A stretch of 64,000 nt of DNA, from positions 26,350,001-26,414,000 of the forward strand of contig CM060733.1 of NCBI GenBank assembly GCA_030704615.1. The letters are read 5' to 3'. Position numbers and translations under genes: made by a program. The DNA is from Takakia lepidozioides. Its lineage: Eukaryota > Plantae > Bryophyta. Positions 11,521 to 23,680 of the stretch are shown piece after piece. The notes under the pieces were generated by a model. That model had not been told where the DNA came from. It worked only from the letters and a program-made list of their open reading frames with translations, and did not search any database. Numbering within the stretch: position 1 is the stretch's first letter; each line of letters opens with the position of its first letter.

Positions 11521-12273
11521 CTATGCTATCAACTGCCAGACTTCTCTCAAAGTGCCTCGCTCTGCATGATGGTAAGGTGTAGGAGGTATATCTATGTCCA
11601 GAAACCTGCCACTAACCTTGTCCCAAGCTACAGTAGCTCGCTCTAACCAACCCTCCTCCTCTTTCTGCCAGGTAGAGACAAAGCAATACTCCCCTATCTC
11701 CCGCTCACTGAATACTAAAGAAAACAAAAGTAGGGTCTGATAGTCTCTCAACTCGAAAGCTTTGAGACGGTTGCGGGTGTCTTCATTACGAATGACTGCA
11801 TCTCCTTCAAGCAAAACAAACTTGTCATTGCTAATGAACCCCCGCTCATGGTTGCCTTATGCAGAGTGTGTCCGGCTGCAACCATGTCTGATTGCACAAA
11901 CTTGTGTAGCTCCTGCTTCTCTGCTCCAGTACACCACGGCCTTGTGGCTGAACACCTTGGTCCCCGGGGCTGTCTTTGGCTGTGTTCCAAGCCTAGCTTT
12001 CACCCACTTTGGTATTTCACCTACAGCTGCAGAACTGCTGGCTCCAGCAGAGTTCTGACTGTCCAAAGCGATATTGAGGCCCTCAACGCCAACTACAGCA
12101 GTTTGTTGTCTACTGCTAATGCCTGACTCCCAGTATGCAATCAACTCGTCCAACTGTTCTCCACTCAAATCAGTCTGAGTTCCTTGGGAAACATAAATCC
12201 TGTCCCCTTGTGTGCACAGGCTAAGAGAAGAGACCTGCCCTTCAATGACGTCCTCCTCATTTCCCCCAGCCAT
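11521..12273 (-). pseudogene. Frameshifted extra ORF upstream of gag, unknown function
   Basis: Two adjacent minus-strand ORFs (11857-12273 and 11521-11814) with protein-like composition, on the same strand as gag-pol. Confidence 0.4.
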
Positions 12274-12846
12274 ACAAGGAGTACATCCCCAGATTTATCT
12301 CTCATGTAGACCAGAACAGGTTCTAGAAACAGAATTGTGGATCTTTCATGGCACACTCACACTCTAAAAATTCCATAGATTTTTAGCAGAGTCCCAAAAA
12401 CTAAAACCAAGATAGGTAGATTTCCCCTTTCTGCAGCTATCCCCTCAAAAACTGAGTCAAACAGAGTCCATTTGACAAAGATATGACCAATTTGGCTCTA
12501 AATCATTTAAATTAGATCAAAAGGTTTTTTTTTTTTTAAAAATAATTTTTTAAAGGTTTTCATGACGATGGAGGTCGTGGAGCTCATTTCCCCTTAGCAA
12601 CACTTCACCTTGGCACCCTCACAAGTTTCGTTGAAGTAAAGCTGGCAAGCAAGTTCCTGCAAAACCTGCCCCATACACCAGCTTAGCAGTGTCCAAATTG
12701 AGTGATCCCCAGCTGGAACCTTTCTTCAAGCCCGTCGGCTATGTGGAAACCCAGCTGCAGTGCACGGAAGTACGAGTGCCTCGACCACTCTGCAATGTGT
12801 CTGGCTTTGTGGCAGATCTGCCCTCTGATCCTTGCTTACTGGCGCG

Positions 12847-13002
12847 GGCTCTCAAAACCCAAAAGAACTGTTGTCCACTGGCTTCGAGTCCGAGAGCTAG
12901 CTGATCAATCTGTGTGGCAGTGAGTAGTGCTACGGTTCCAAAGGTAATATAGAGAACAGATGACGGAGGATGGCTGTTTAACCATTCTAAGCACCTTGCC
13001 AG
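12847..13002 (-). pseudogene. UDP-glycosyltransferase (family 1 UGT) exon fragment
   Basis: Manual translation gives LARCLEWLNSHPPSSVLYITFGTVALLTATQIDQLALGLEASGQQFFWVLR, the conserved block upstream of the PSPG box. It starts after a TTTTTTCCCTTGTAG splice acceptor. It is not in the ORF track. Confidence 0.85.
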
Positions 13003-14568
13003 CTACAAGGGAAAAAACCCCGAATTTCCTCCTTCCCTGCCCTGCTTAGAAAGAGCAACCTAAGCTGCTGACAGTAAGAGCCTCTTTCCGAGGAAAAACC
13101 AAGACTCTTACGTCATTCAACCACTAGGGGTACAATCCAGTTCACAATAACAGAGTCAGTAAATATCCTTCCTGACAGACTCCTTCACGTTCTACATAAA
13201 GCATATTGCCAAAGCTGCAGTCGCACCATTGTGAAGGATCTTTAAAGAACTCCATTCAGCGCTGTTCCATGCTCCAATGCTGACCTACATGCCAGATATT
13301 CAAAAGGGCGATTCTTCCCTTATAGGCCCCTTCTTCGACCAGATTACTAGGTGCTGGTCAAGCCAAAAGACAGTTCACGGTGCATAGAATACCCGCATAC
13401 AGAAACAGCGAAGTGTTATGACCTAATCTTGTTGGGATCCCTGAAGGCTTCGTAGGAGGCGTAGCTACCACTTGAAAGGGACTCCGTACTTGGGCCTTGA
13501 CAAGTAGCATCCCGCTTTCAGCTCCATAACCCAGTCCTTAATCTGGTCAGCAAGCAAGCATCACGCATCAGTGAAAACCATAATCTGCTGCTCCATTTGA
13601 GTACATCTCTCAATCCCTCTCTACAGTCCCCCAACATTACCAATCACATTCTGCTCTTCCGCTGCCTCCCCAGCACCACAAGATGTGAAATGCTTGTTAT
13701 GCACCCTCGGTTCTTGATCCAAAAAAACTGATGAGCAAAGTGTTTCCATAAAAACAGCGGAACAAAGGATGCGCCCCGCCATCCAGCACGCTCTGCTTCT
13801 CGTTCGACCTTCACTACTCGCACGCCATACACGAGCGCGCAACGCCGAGACTCGTCGACAGCACGTCCGGAGACTCCGCACATGGACAAGCAGCAACACA
13901 GGTGCAGGTAGACAGTTCAGTGGTCACTGCAAGACTCCATCACCAAGAACTTGGGGCCAACTTGGCCAATTTCTACACTCATGCCAACCTGGTTCTTGAC
14001 AAGCTACCGCTCCCGCCAAGTAAAATCATCAGCTCTATAGGTCACGGTGAATCCAGCAACATGCCTGCAAGCCAGAATGGGCTACAAGCCAATGGCCCTT
14101 CTTGAGCTGCAACACAACGGACCACACAAGTTGGGCACGACTGGCCTACTGGGTGCTCAGCCTGCCCCAGCGCTCAGGCAGCAGGGCTGCCAGGGCCCCC
14201 GCGCGCATCCGCCACCACAAACAGGGATAACTACACCCTGATCACCACCAACGCCAATGTGTAAACAACAAGCGCATACCCATGGCAACAGCAGGGCAGA
14301 TGGACTCCTGCCCCAAGATATATATTATAATAGTGCTAAAACAAACATTGTATCTAGCTTAGCACTAGAAAACTAGATAGCGGCATCTCTCTCGAGTGGT
14401 AAGAAGCTAGGAACACACTGTTCACACAAGAAACAACATGAATCCAGCAACATCACTCTTTAAGATAATAGTCGAGCCAGGGGCACCCCAAGCTATGGGG
14501 ACTCCACCCCACAACAACCTATACTCCCTACATAAGCACACTCAGATTCTAAAGCGTGAAGGAGCTCG

Positions 14569-14777
14569 GTCGCGCAGGCTCAACTCGAGAGAGATGAGCT
14601 GCGCGACTGACGCTCTCGTGAAGATAAGATGGTTCAGGTGTCAAGCTCAAACTTGACACCTGACTTAACACTTGAACTAAATCCAAGTGTTAAATACAAA
14701 TAACTAGTTTTATTCTAGTTAGTTTCACACTGTGTTTATTTAATTTGACAGCTCGTTCTTTGGAAACATTCTTCCAA
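14569..14777. other. Cluster of five consecutive inverted repeats (hairpins)
   Basis: Stems: 14569-14607 (16 bp with a bulge and a mismatch, GAGA loop), 14634-14663 (12 bp), 14665-14693 (10 bp), 14701-14721 (7 bp) and 14760-14777 (6 bp). Confidence 0.85.
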
Positions 14778-14817
14778 GCATTGTTAGAGTGATCAAGGGT
14801 GTACCACTAAGGGTTTC

Positions 14818-15098
14818 TTGATGCGAGACCACCGCTGCTTAGGTTTGCACCCATATCGAAACCCGCAGCCGCCGCTATAGGTTTAGGGTTTCTGGCTACA
14901 CAATTGAAGGTTTCGCCTGGCTGAATTGGCGCAGATAAATCGTATAAATGCACCAGTCCTCTATACCCGCTTATGGTTTTATTCCGTTTTGAAAATATAT
15001 AACTCCTATGACCGAGGTTAAAAGACATAAAACTCCCATGACCGTGGGTTGTGCTCATGTGAACATGCTCACACTGTGCTCACGCAATACCAACCCCC
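14818..15098 (-). repeat. Dispersed repeat (DNA-transposon end), inverted copy at about 44045-44336
   Basis: The reverse complement GGGGGTTGGTATTGCGTGAGC..GCACAACCCACGGTCATGGGAGTTTT..AACCTCGGTCATAGGAGTTATAT aligns with 44045-44336. Confidence 0.8.
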
Positions 15099-16279
15099 AT
15101 TAAAGTCTTTAATGGTCAATAATAGACAAATAATCATTACATCTTTTTTTGTTTGATCCTGATGAGACCTTGCATTTTTCTTGTCTTTTTTTGTAGTATA
15201 ACTTCAATTACCTTGTACATCGTATTTATTTGTAAATCAAATATAGTAGTCATGGTGTGTCAAAGAATCAACCAAAGCATATAATGTGTACACCGAACTA
15301 GGGAAAAATGATCATGTTGACTTTTCATATAAAACATCTTAGTGGTCCCACAATAGAAGCAATATTGTCTGCAATCCGATACCTTATAACCATTAAATCG
15401 ATGAATACATTGGGGGTTTTAGTAGTAGTGGCTAAGGGAAGAAAAAGCCAAAATTGTTGGATTGCACTATATAAAATTAGAATTAAACTATTACAGTGGG
15501 GTAGTTGTAGCATTGTAATGTACAACAATATACTATATAATAACTGTTCACCCACTTTTCATATAAAACATGTTAGCGGTCCTACAACAGAAGCAATCCG
15601 ATACCTTGTAACAGTTGGCAACATTAACAAAGCTAAAATTGTTCCACAGTGCATTGTACATATTAGTATTATAATGTCATGAGTTCAAGCTTTCAGATCA
15701 ATATATAAGCCATTAAATCGATTAGATCACATAAAGTTTTTGGCTTTTTCTTCCCTTAGCCACTGCCACCAGAAACACCAATGTCTTTCCCGGATTGCAC
15801 TATAAAACTACAATTAAACTATTGACAGTTGTCTATAGTCTATGTCTATCTATGTTAATGTAACTATTCACGCATATCCAAATCATTGATAGGCCAACAT
15901 TGTGATATCAAATTTCTCATTTTATCTTTATAAGAATGTGATCATTTTCGCCTCCACAATACAAATAATTGGAACTAGAGATGAAGATTCTTGTCGAAGC
16001 CAATATATCTTATAGTGCACTTCAACCCGAAGGGCTACTATTTTATGTTTGGAAGGTGGACATTCTTTTTGTTTTGTATACATATTTAGTGCGAGCTGAT
16101 TATAAAACCAAATTGGTCCATTAACAGATATTTTTATAAAATAATTCGCTGATTTTATAATTAAAAAATTATTATGGCACATTGATTTTTTCATGCCCTT
16201 ATTATTTACAACACACTATTTTATACTCTTTGTTAATTTTACTAAAAAACATTAATCACATTAGGTCAAAAAATAGAGC

Positions 16280-16287
16280 TATATAAA
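16280..16287 (+). promoter_or_regulatory. TATA box of the lectin gene
   Basis: TATATAAA about 160 bp upstream of the ATG. Confidence 0.55.
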
Positions 16288-16443
16288 CATGACTACACAC
16301 GCACTTGTGTCAAACCTTCTTCCCAAAACACTTACTTCATAGCTACATTCAGCAAGACGAGACTCTACTTGTCATATATCTTTATCTTTACATACTCCCA
16401 AGGTTTTGTGGATCATAGCAATAATTGCATTCGGACTTGCAAC

Positions 16444-16914
16444 ATGGTTATGACAAAATTTGTCAATTTCTCTCTGCTTGCATTAGTTCTATTTTTCGTA
16501 CATCTAACTTATGTTAGAGCTGATGAAAATGGTGGATGCTGCATACAGGCTAAATATCGGCTAAATAGTGGCAGCTCTCTCATTAGCTCAAATCGGCGTT
16601 ATAAACTCTTGATGTTGGACAACTGTGATGTACAACTGAGGAATTTGGCTAAAAGAAAAAAGTTGTGGGATAGCGGCAGTGGAGGTGCAGGCGTAAATTG
16701 CTACCTCACTCAACAGAGTGATGGAAACTTGGTGGTTTACAATCAACATAATCAACCTAAATGGGCTTCGAACACAGTAAATGCCGGAGGTTGTTTTGGA
16801 GAGTATGAGTTGATGTTGCAAGATGACGGAAACTTGGGAATTTTTTGCACTCCTAGTGGCACTTATGATTATGATTCTTATCTTGTGTGGAGTACTGGTA
16901 CAAGTGGTCACTAA
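16444..16914 (+). CDS. Secreted GNA/bulb-type (B-lectin) mannose-binding lectin, single domain, intronless
   Basis: Signal peptide MVMTKFVNFSLLALVLFFVHLTYVRA. Beta-prism repeats LMLDNCDVQLR, QQSDGNLVVY and LQDDGNLGIF are each followed by W.S.T/S. The ORF is intact. Confidence 0.9.
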   Translation: MVMTKFVNFSLLALVLFFVHLTYVRADENGGCCIQAKYRLNSGSSLISSNRRYKLLMLDNCDVQLRNLAKRKKLWDSGSGGAGVNCYLTQQSDGNLVVYNQHNQPKWASNTVNAGGCFGEYELMLQDDGNLGIFCTPSGTYDYDSYLVWSTGTSGH

Positions 16915-18007
16915 GCCTCCAAGAAGCTACAGATGCATGACATTGGTTATCGTATTTGAACAACAGAATTTATGGATTTGAGCATTGGTGATAGATTTCG
17001 AGATCCAAAAAAAGATTGTAGTGACTATGGTTGTTTATAGAGGAGCTGAAGAGAGCCACTTTGGCATATTTGTATTGAGGCTTGCATTTGTTCTTTAGTT
17101 TCATTACAAAAGAATTAAAGTATGGATTGGGGTAGTATATGGGTTTGTTGATTTGGTGAAGAATGATAAGAAAAGATAAATGTGGGAAATATGTATTGGA
17201 TTATTTGAAGGAGGACATAGAAGTAATATTACACCTAGTTGTGTAAGTTACTATGTTATCTCCAGCATTTTTTATTTCATTTAAGAACGTGAGCCACGTT
17301 GGCTCCTAGCTGGTCTATGAGGAAGATCAATCGACGACTCTGTGGCATGTGATCTCGAACCGGTGGCTTCTGTCAAGAATGTTTGATGAGTTTTATGCGA
17401 ACTCAACTCATGTAGTGTTCGGTTTGTGGGAGCGACAAGGGAGGTAATTTTTTCTAAGTAACAACGACACTGCATATTGCAAAGCCTAGCACAACTTTGT
17501 CACATGGATACAATCCATTGACAAATATGACTAATCTTGTTCAAGATCAGCAACTCTGCTCAAAGCATGCGCTAGTGCAAGAGGCGGTGCAAGTCTGCTT
17601 AAATGGAGGTGCATGACACGAATACTAGGCGGGTAAGCGAAACTTAAATGAGAGTTCGCTCGATAGCTCAACCCGAAAGCGGGAAGAGTTTGAACCCAAG
17701 GCTTTGCTCCTTGCGCTGCAGGGTGGTAGGGTTTCTAGAAATTGATAGGCAAGATCATCTGGATCTAACAAATCCAAATGGCATGTGGCTCACACGTTAT
17801 CACATTGCAAGTTTATTTCCCCATGATGAAAGTTATCTCTTTTGGAAATATGCAAACAAGCGACTCATCCAACTTATCTCTTCCTACCTTTGTTAGTTAT
17901 CATGGAAAGAGGGCAATATCCGTGTTAGACAATATAGACCCATCCGGATATTACCGCTAATCAAAGTATCCGGATCTGACCAAATTTTTATGTTTGTTGA
18001 CTAATCA

Positions 18008-19550
18008 CTAGGGTAGCCTATGCCTTTGGCCCAAATGTCGAATGTCATCTAAGTCCAAGTGCAATCCCATGTGTATCCAAGTGTGTCTCCTATGTCGAGG
18101 CCCAAATGCGACCTCTAGGATAGCCTTTGCGGTTGGCCCAAGTGTCCAGTGTCATCTAAGCCCAAGTGAAAGATCTTCTATGTATCCCCGTGCGTCTCCT
18201 ATGTCGAGGCCCAAGTGCGACCTCTAGGGCAGCCTATACCTTTCGAGGCTTCATATATCGATATATCCACTTTGCTATTTTTTGTGAATTTCCAGCAACC
18301 AAAAGTACTTGAAATTCCAAATCTCCCACATGAAGGGCCAATCATTGCTCCAGGAACGCCCACTTTGCTATTTTTCTCAAATTTCCAACGACCCAAAGCA
18401 CTTGAAATTCCAGATCTCCCACACCGCTGGTCCAAAAATCGTGAGACCAAGCTGGTGCACTCCTCCTCACCGAGGGCTTTCCAACGACACCAAGCACCAG
18501 CATAGGGGCCCAGCGGTTTGGGAGATCTCAATGATGCCAAAACAAAACAAAACAAACGTCTTGCTTCATATATTGATAGGGTAGCCTGTGCCGTTGGCTC
18601 AAGTATCCAGTGTCATCTAAGTCCAAGTGCAATCCCCTATGTAACAAAGTGCGTCTCTTATGTTGAGGCCCAAATGCAACCTCTAGGGAAGCCTTTGCCG
18701 TTGGCCCAAGTGTCCATTGTCATCTAAGTAAGTTTTTTTCCACAGAGCCTACGATCAGATTTGAACCGGAGACCTTTCCCTTGATATCTCTCCCGTTGAG
18801 GCTCCAACCATTGTCCCACTTTGCCATTTTTGCTATTTTTCGCGAATTTAGCGACAAAAAGTACTTGAAATTCCAAATCTCCCACACGAAGGGCCAATCA
18901 CTGCTCTAGGATAGCCCACTTTGCTATTTTTTGTGCAATTTCCTATGTCTCTAGAGACCCTCCTGTTTGGGAGATCTAGGCCTAGGGTAGCATGTGCCAT
19001 TGGCCCATGTGTGAAGAATTGAAATCTAGGCTCAAGTGCAATTTCCTATGTATCCAAGTGCTTCTCCTATGTCGAGGCCCAAATGCAACCTCTAGGGTAG
19101 CATGTGCCGTCCAAGTGTCCAATGTCATCTAAGTCCAAGTGCAATCCGTATCAAAGTGCGTTTCCTATGTCGAGGCCCAAATGCAACCTCTAGGGTAGCC
19201 TGTGCCGTTGGCCCAAGTGTCCAGTGTCATCTAAGTCCAAGTGCAATCCCCTATGTATCAAAGTGCGTTTCCGATGTCGAGGCCCAAATGCAACCTCTAG
19301 GGTAGCCTTTGCCGTTGGCCCAAGTGTCCAGTGTCATCTAAGTAAGTTTTTTTCCACAGAGCCTACGACCATATTTGAACCGGAGACCTTTCCCTTGATA
19401 TCTCTCCCGTTGAGGCTCCAACCATTGTCCCAGGAATGCCCACTTTGCCATTTTTGCTATTTTTTGTGAATTTCCAGCGACCAAAAGTACTTGGAATTCC
19501 ACATCTCCCTCACCGCTTGTCCAAAAATCATGAGGCCAAGCATACAGAGA
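18008..19550 (-). mobile_element. Tandem/nested non-autonomous Helitron-like elements with a repeated ~105-bp 3'-terminal unit
   Basis: Repeated CTAGGGTAGCCTGTGCCGTTGGCCCAAG (minus strand: GC-rich hairpin then CTAG). The putative 5' end (minus strand) reads (TC)TATCAATATATGAAGCAAG at about 18560-18578. Confidence 0.6.
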
Positions 19551-19868
19551 GTTCTTGTCATCAACATGGACTCTTGTGTTTGGGTAAACGTGTACTTCCA
19601 TCCTCATTATCTGAAAGCTAAAATACCCTGAGACAAAGGATTTGCAATTGTCACTGAGCAGTACTTGTGTGTGAAGTTCGGCCTCCGTCCGGGAACGGTG
19701 TTCTTGGAAGAGGAGACGACGAAGGATGCTTATGGGAATTTCTTGGAAAGTGCCGTCAATCTGCATGCAGATTTTAGAAACGGCAAATAGTGGCGGCTCC
19801 CAGCTTTTGAATCCATCTGGTACAGTGCAATTGGTGAAATCGTGCCTAAAGAGTTCCCACGCTAGAAC

Positions 19869-20500
19869 TTGGCTGATCCTCCTTCCTCAAGAGGGTCTGG
19901 CGTGCAAGATGTGAAGTCTGCCATGAGGGATGTGGGCACCTCCTCACAAGCAAAGAAGCCCACACATGTGAAAAGGGAAACCGAATCGGAGGATTTGCCG
20001 CTCCATCGCTCGTCAGTGGGTGCACTTTGCAGGGAAACAGTCGTCCACAACTTATCCAGTGACGATGAAGACTGTATGGTCCTGCCATCGTATGTGTTGA
20101 AGTCGTCCGTCACTAGAAGTGTGCAGATGTTGGCAGACAATGAGCACACACCCTCGGACTCAACTTCCGTCCGCTCAGTAATTGACATATTGCGGAGGAT
20201 GAAGACAACAAGTTCCCGCTCCAGTGACCTTCTTATACTTGATTACGACAAAACTCCAATCCATTCTGTGGAGACTTTGCCTGAAGTTGTGGATGGGAAT
20301 GTTATCTATTAGTATGTGCCTTGCATGGAAAAATGCGAATTCCATCGACCAGGCGGAGACCGAGTTTGCAACCATACGCGCTTGGTGGGTGTCTTCAGGG
20401 GCAGTGGATGTGAAAGATCAGCCAGAACTGCAAACGTGGCTTGCGTGGTGGCACTACAGATTCCGCCAGTTTGGAGACTACCTGCGACAGAATGAAGAAA
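19869..20500 (+). pseudogene. Decayed coding fragments, probably transposon-derived
   Basis: Protein-like pieces LDYDKTPIHSVETLPEVVDGNVIY and WWVSSGAV..LQTWLAWWHYRFRQFG. No intact gene structure, and the family is not confidently recognised. Confidence 0.3.
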
Positions 20501-21088
20501 GAGGGAGAACAAGAAGAAAACAAGTGAGGTTGAGAGAAAGAGAAGTGCACCTTTATACTGTGGAGTCGTGCTCTTCTTGTGTTCTTTTTTGATGGGGAGT
20601 AGTTATGAATGTGGCAGAGGAAGGGAGACACATTGTCGTCGCTGCAACAGACCAAAGCGGCAGAGGTTGAAGGTGTTCGAGCTGACTCTCAGTGCGCCGC
20701 GCGCCATAGAAGTCATAAACGAAGAAGAGAATGAAAGAGAGTTTCAACCCTAACAACCCTAACCATATAAGACCTAAAACAATAGTTTAGGTGTGCTAAA
20801 AATATTTGAACCCAACACCTCATCATTAGTATCTTTGGGATAAGCGGTCTAACCAACAAGTCACATAGTGAAAAACTTTCGTATACAACTTGGTCCTGAA
20901 CTTTGCGACATGTGTCCTTTCATCCACAACTGAATGAAAAACAATCATTTTCGTTTGTTTTTGGGTCATTTTGCTACCTTTTTATATTTCATCCCCCTCC
21001 GTGGCCACCTTATCATCCTCCTCCGTCGCCACCTTTTTCATTTTACTTGAACTTTTTCATTTAAGGCACTACTTTCTGCAAAAGCCAG

Positions 21089-21156
21089 TAGCAAAAGTTC
21101 GAACCCAGAACCTTTGCGACTCTAAACCAATGCTCTATACCACCAAGTCCATGCTA
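21089..21156 (-). repeat. Degenerate tRNA-derived (SINE head-like) sequence
   Basis: The minus strand has an A-box-like GACTTGGTGGTA and a B-box GGTTCGAAC, bracketed by TAGCA..TGCTA. Confidence 0.35.
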
Positions 21157-21399
21157 ATTATTGAAAATTGTTGTGCACTACAATATATGTACCTTATGTG
21201 TAGTGCGAAACGCCCACAAAGCTGAGATCAACTTGGTGTCCCAATCCCGCTTGTGCTCCCTAATTGTTTTGGAGAGGATGTTGCACAAGGTCTAATTGGC
21301 GCGCTCTACTTGACCACTTGTCTGAGGGTGATAAACATGGTGAGAGCTTGAATTGTTGTTGCTTTAGGCTACTCTTGAACACAATCAAAAAATTCCCTG

Positions 21400-22270
21400 G
21401 ACATTCGGTTAGTAAGCTGCCACCACTAATTTGCAGCTGACTGGATTCGAGCTCCCTCTAGTTTGTGACACTCAATTTCCAGGAGCTGCTACTGAGCTTG
21501 ATTAAGAGAATATCAAACAACAGGGTCAAAAGGTTGGGTCTCAAGAAGAAGTTCACCCTAAGTTACCTGCGATCTAAGAGTATCTTCTTCTTGCCGACGT
21601 TGAGCCTTGGCCCGCCGCCTCCCTTCAGCCCTGCAAAATACTTGCACGCGATGAAGAACTTCAAAGACCCATTGTGCCATTGCAGAGGGGTCAGTAGGGC
21701 GAGGGATCTCATGCCAAGCAAAAAGTATTCTAGCCTTGAGTTCCTCAGACTGAAGAAAAGAAAGATTGAATCTAAAGGGGGGGATCCCAAAATCCGCGAG
21801 GTTAGTACGGATTTGAATGAATACTGGACTATGGTCAGAGATAGGGTAGCCACTCAAAAACCACATTTTACCTCTACTGCTTAGAGCCCAATCGGCTACA
21901 TATACTCTATCTAATCTTTGAAGGATATTATCAGGGCCTTTGTGGCGGTTGCTCCAACTGAAAAGTCTCCCTCCAACTCTGCCAAAATCCGAATCTGTGA
22001 TTCCAACAGTAAAAATGAATCGTTCCCACGCTCCACGTTCCTCCCTAGAGAGGTTGCCGTCTGACTTCCCCCTCCCTTGTCGCTTGAATTTTCAACATTG
22101 TTGAAGTCTCCAACAAAGTCTACCCATGAAGAAGCTTGCGGGAGAGCCTGAACAGAGAGACGACCAAAAATGAGGTCTCTGTGTGTTGTCGTTTGGAGCA
22201 TATATATTAAGAATACCAAGTGTAACCTAGTGCTCTGGTGGTGCACTCTGGACAATATTTTACCAGGAAG
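21400..22270 (-). mobile_element. LINE (L1-clade) APE endonuclease remnant
   Basis: NIYAPN, VGDFNNVE, RLDRVY and ISDHSPV motifs across frameshifted pieces. Confidence 0.85.
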
Positions 22271-23680
22271 ACGTAGTTTTGGCTTTTCTTATCATTAAAA
22301 CCGATCCAGTTCTTTCTGGAAAGTGCAGGGTGCAGTCTTATGTTTCACTGGAGTATGAATTTACAAGACCATGTGCATCCTGCAAGAGTTCCCATATTCT
22401 TGTTCGTGTGCAGCTGAATTCTTGTGTCACCATCTCCTTTGGGGACATACCCCACCACTGCCCAAAATTTGTCAGTCTAGCAAATAAAGGTCAGGGGCTT
22501 CTATGGAAATGCATCCTTGGTGATGATGCTTGTTGTATCTCTTTGTTGGTACTGTTATTGGCGTCTGGGTCCTAATTTGATCCACAGAGGAACTGAAACA
22601 ATTACCTGTATCAGAAGTTGTTGTGCAGTGATACGGTGAGGATTTTTTGTGCATCAAACAAATAGAGAGGGCCAAGGGGTCAAGTTGTTTGGTAGGTCCT
22701 TGTTGGGGGTAATATACTTTAATGGGTTGTGATGTTTTGCAGGCTACCACGTAATCAGATTTGAGGTGATATGTAACCAGATGGCAATGTCCAAGCTTCT
22801 ATTTCGAAACATGTTAGATGCTTCCTCACTAAACATGTGTTTGATAATCTCTAGTAATCTCTAAGGGCTAATGATTGACAAATGTAAATGGTCATGACTG
22901 GGACAGATGCGGAGTATTTGGAATGCCCGATTTGAATATTCAGTTGAGCCCGCTAAGCACATCAGCCATGACCAGCCATGACCGTAGCAAGCCCTGCCTT
23001 TCATGACTACATTGCTATGTGCTATTTAACCCTTTTCCTTACAACTATGGGCAAGATTAGAATCTTATAGCATTGAAGTTATATGGAAGACAAAAAAGTC
23101 TAATGGATGTGGTTATGGTATAAGTTATCTGCTGAAAACTCAGGCTGTTTTCAGAAAAGTAAGATGTCAAGACCAGCGACACTCTATAATCCACAGTTTT
23201 TGAATCGTGCATTTACGTGAGCAGGATTGCTGTGATGGCACATAAAAGCAAGCACGACAAATTTATTTCCATTTCTAGATATATGAAATACAATGATTCT
23301 AGTAGGGTATTTCATTTGTGTAACTAACTGTGACTCTTTCTATCTCTTTCCTTTTTGTTTTTGTTTTTGTTTTTTTTGTTTTTTTTTGTTTCTTTTTTGT
23401 CATCTTAAAATCTTAATATATAATAACTGAAAATCAGGTTATATTGATAACCGATGTATGGGACCCGGTGTTGTTCCACTTGGATAATGACATATTGATA
23501 ACCGGGAAAAAAAATTTGGGGGACCCTTCTATTGATAACCTCTAACCGCCACAATTTCCAAACCCCTACATTATATATAACTGCCTCCATTCCGCTTTAA
23601 GCAAAGATGTTTTACCCGGACCCTTCAATATGCCCAAATTGTCATATCCGCCCAACACTGGTGTGTACCTTCATCGTATC

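Noticed and set aside
13200-13300. Plus-strand FKELHSALFHAPMLTYMPD resembling an RT connection motif
   Set aside because: It is too short and has no flanking RT/RNase H motifs, so it is probably chance.
14782-14806. Definite 5' LTR and PBS for the DNMT element
   Set aside because: TGTTAG and minus-strand TGGTACACC are suggestive, but no second LTR is available and another repeat starts at about 14818, so it cannot be called.
16369-16443. Extended lectin N-terminus from the ORF track
   Set aside because: It has a TTG start, and the signal peptide begins at ATG 16444.
18008-19340. CRISPR-like array
   Set aside because: The units are contiguous degenerate tandem repeats without unique spacers, the context is eukaryotic and there are no cas genes. 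The same applies to 32490-35160.
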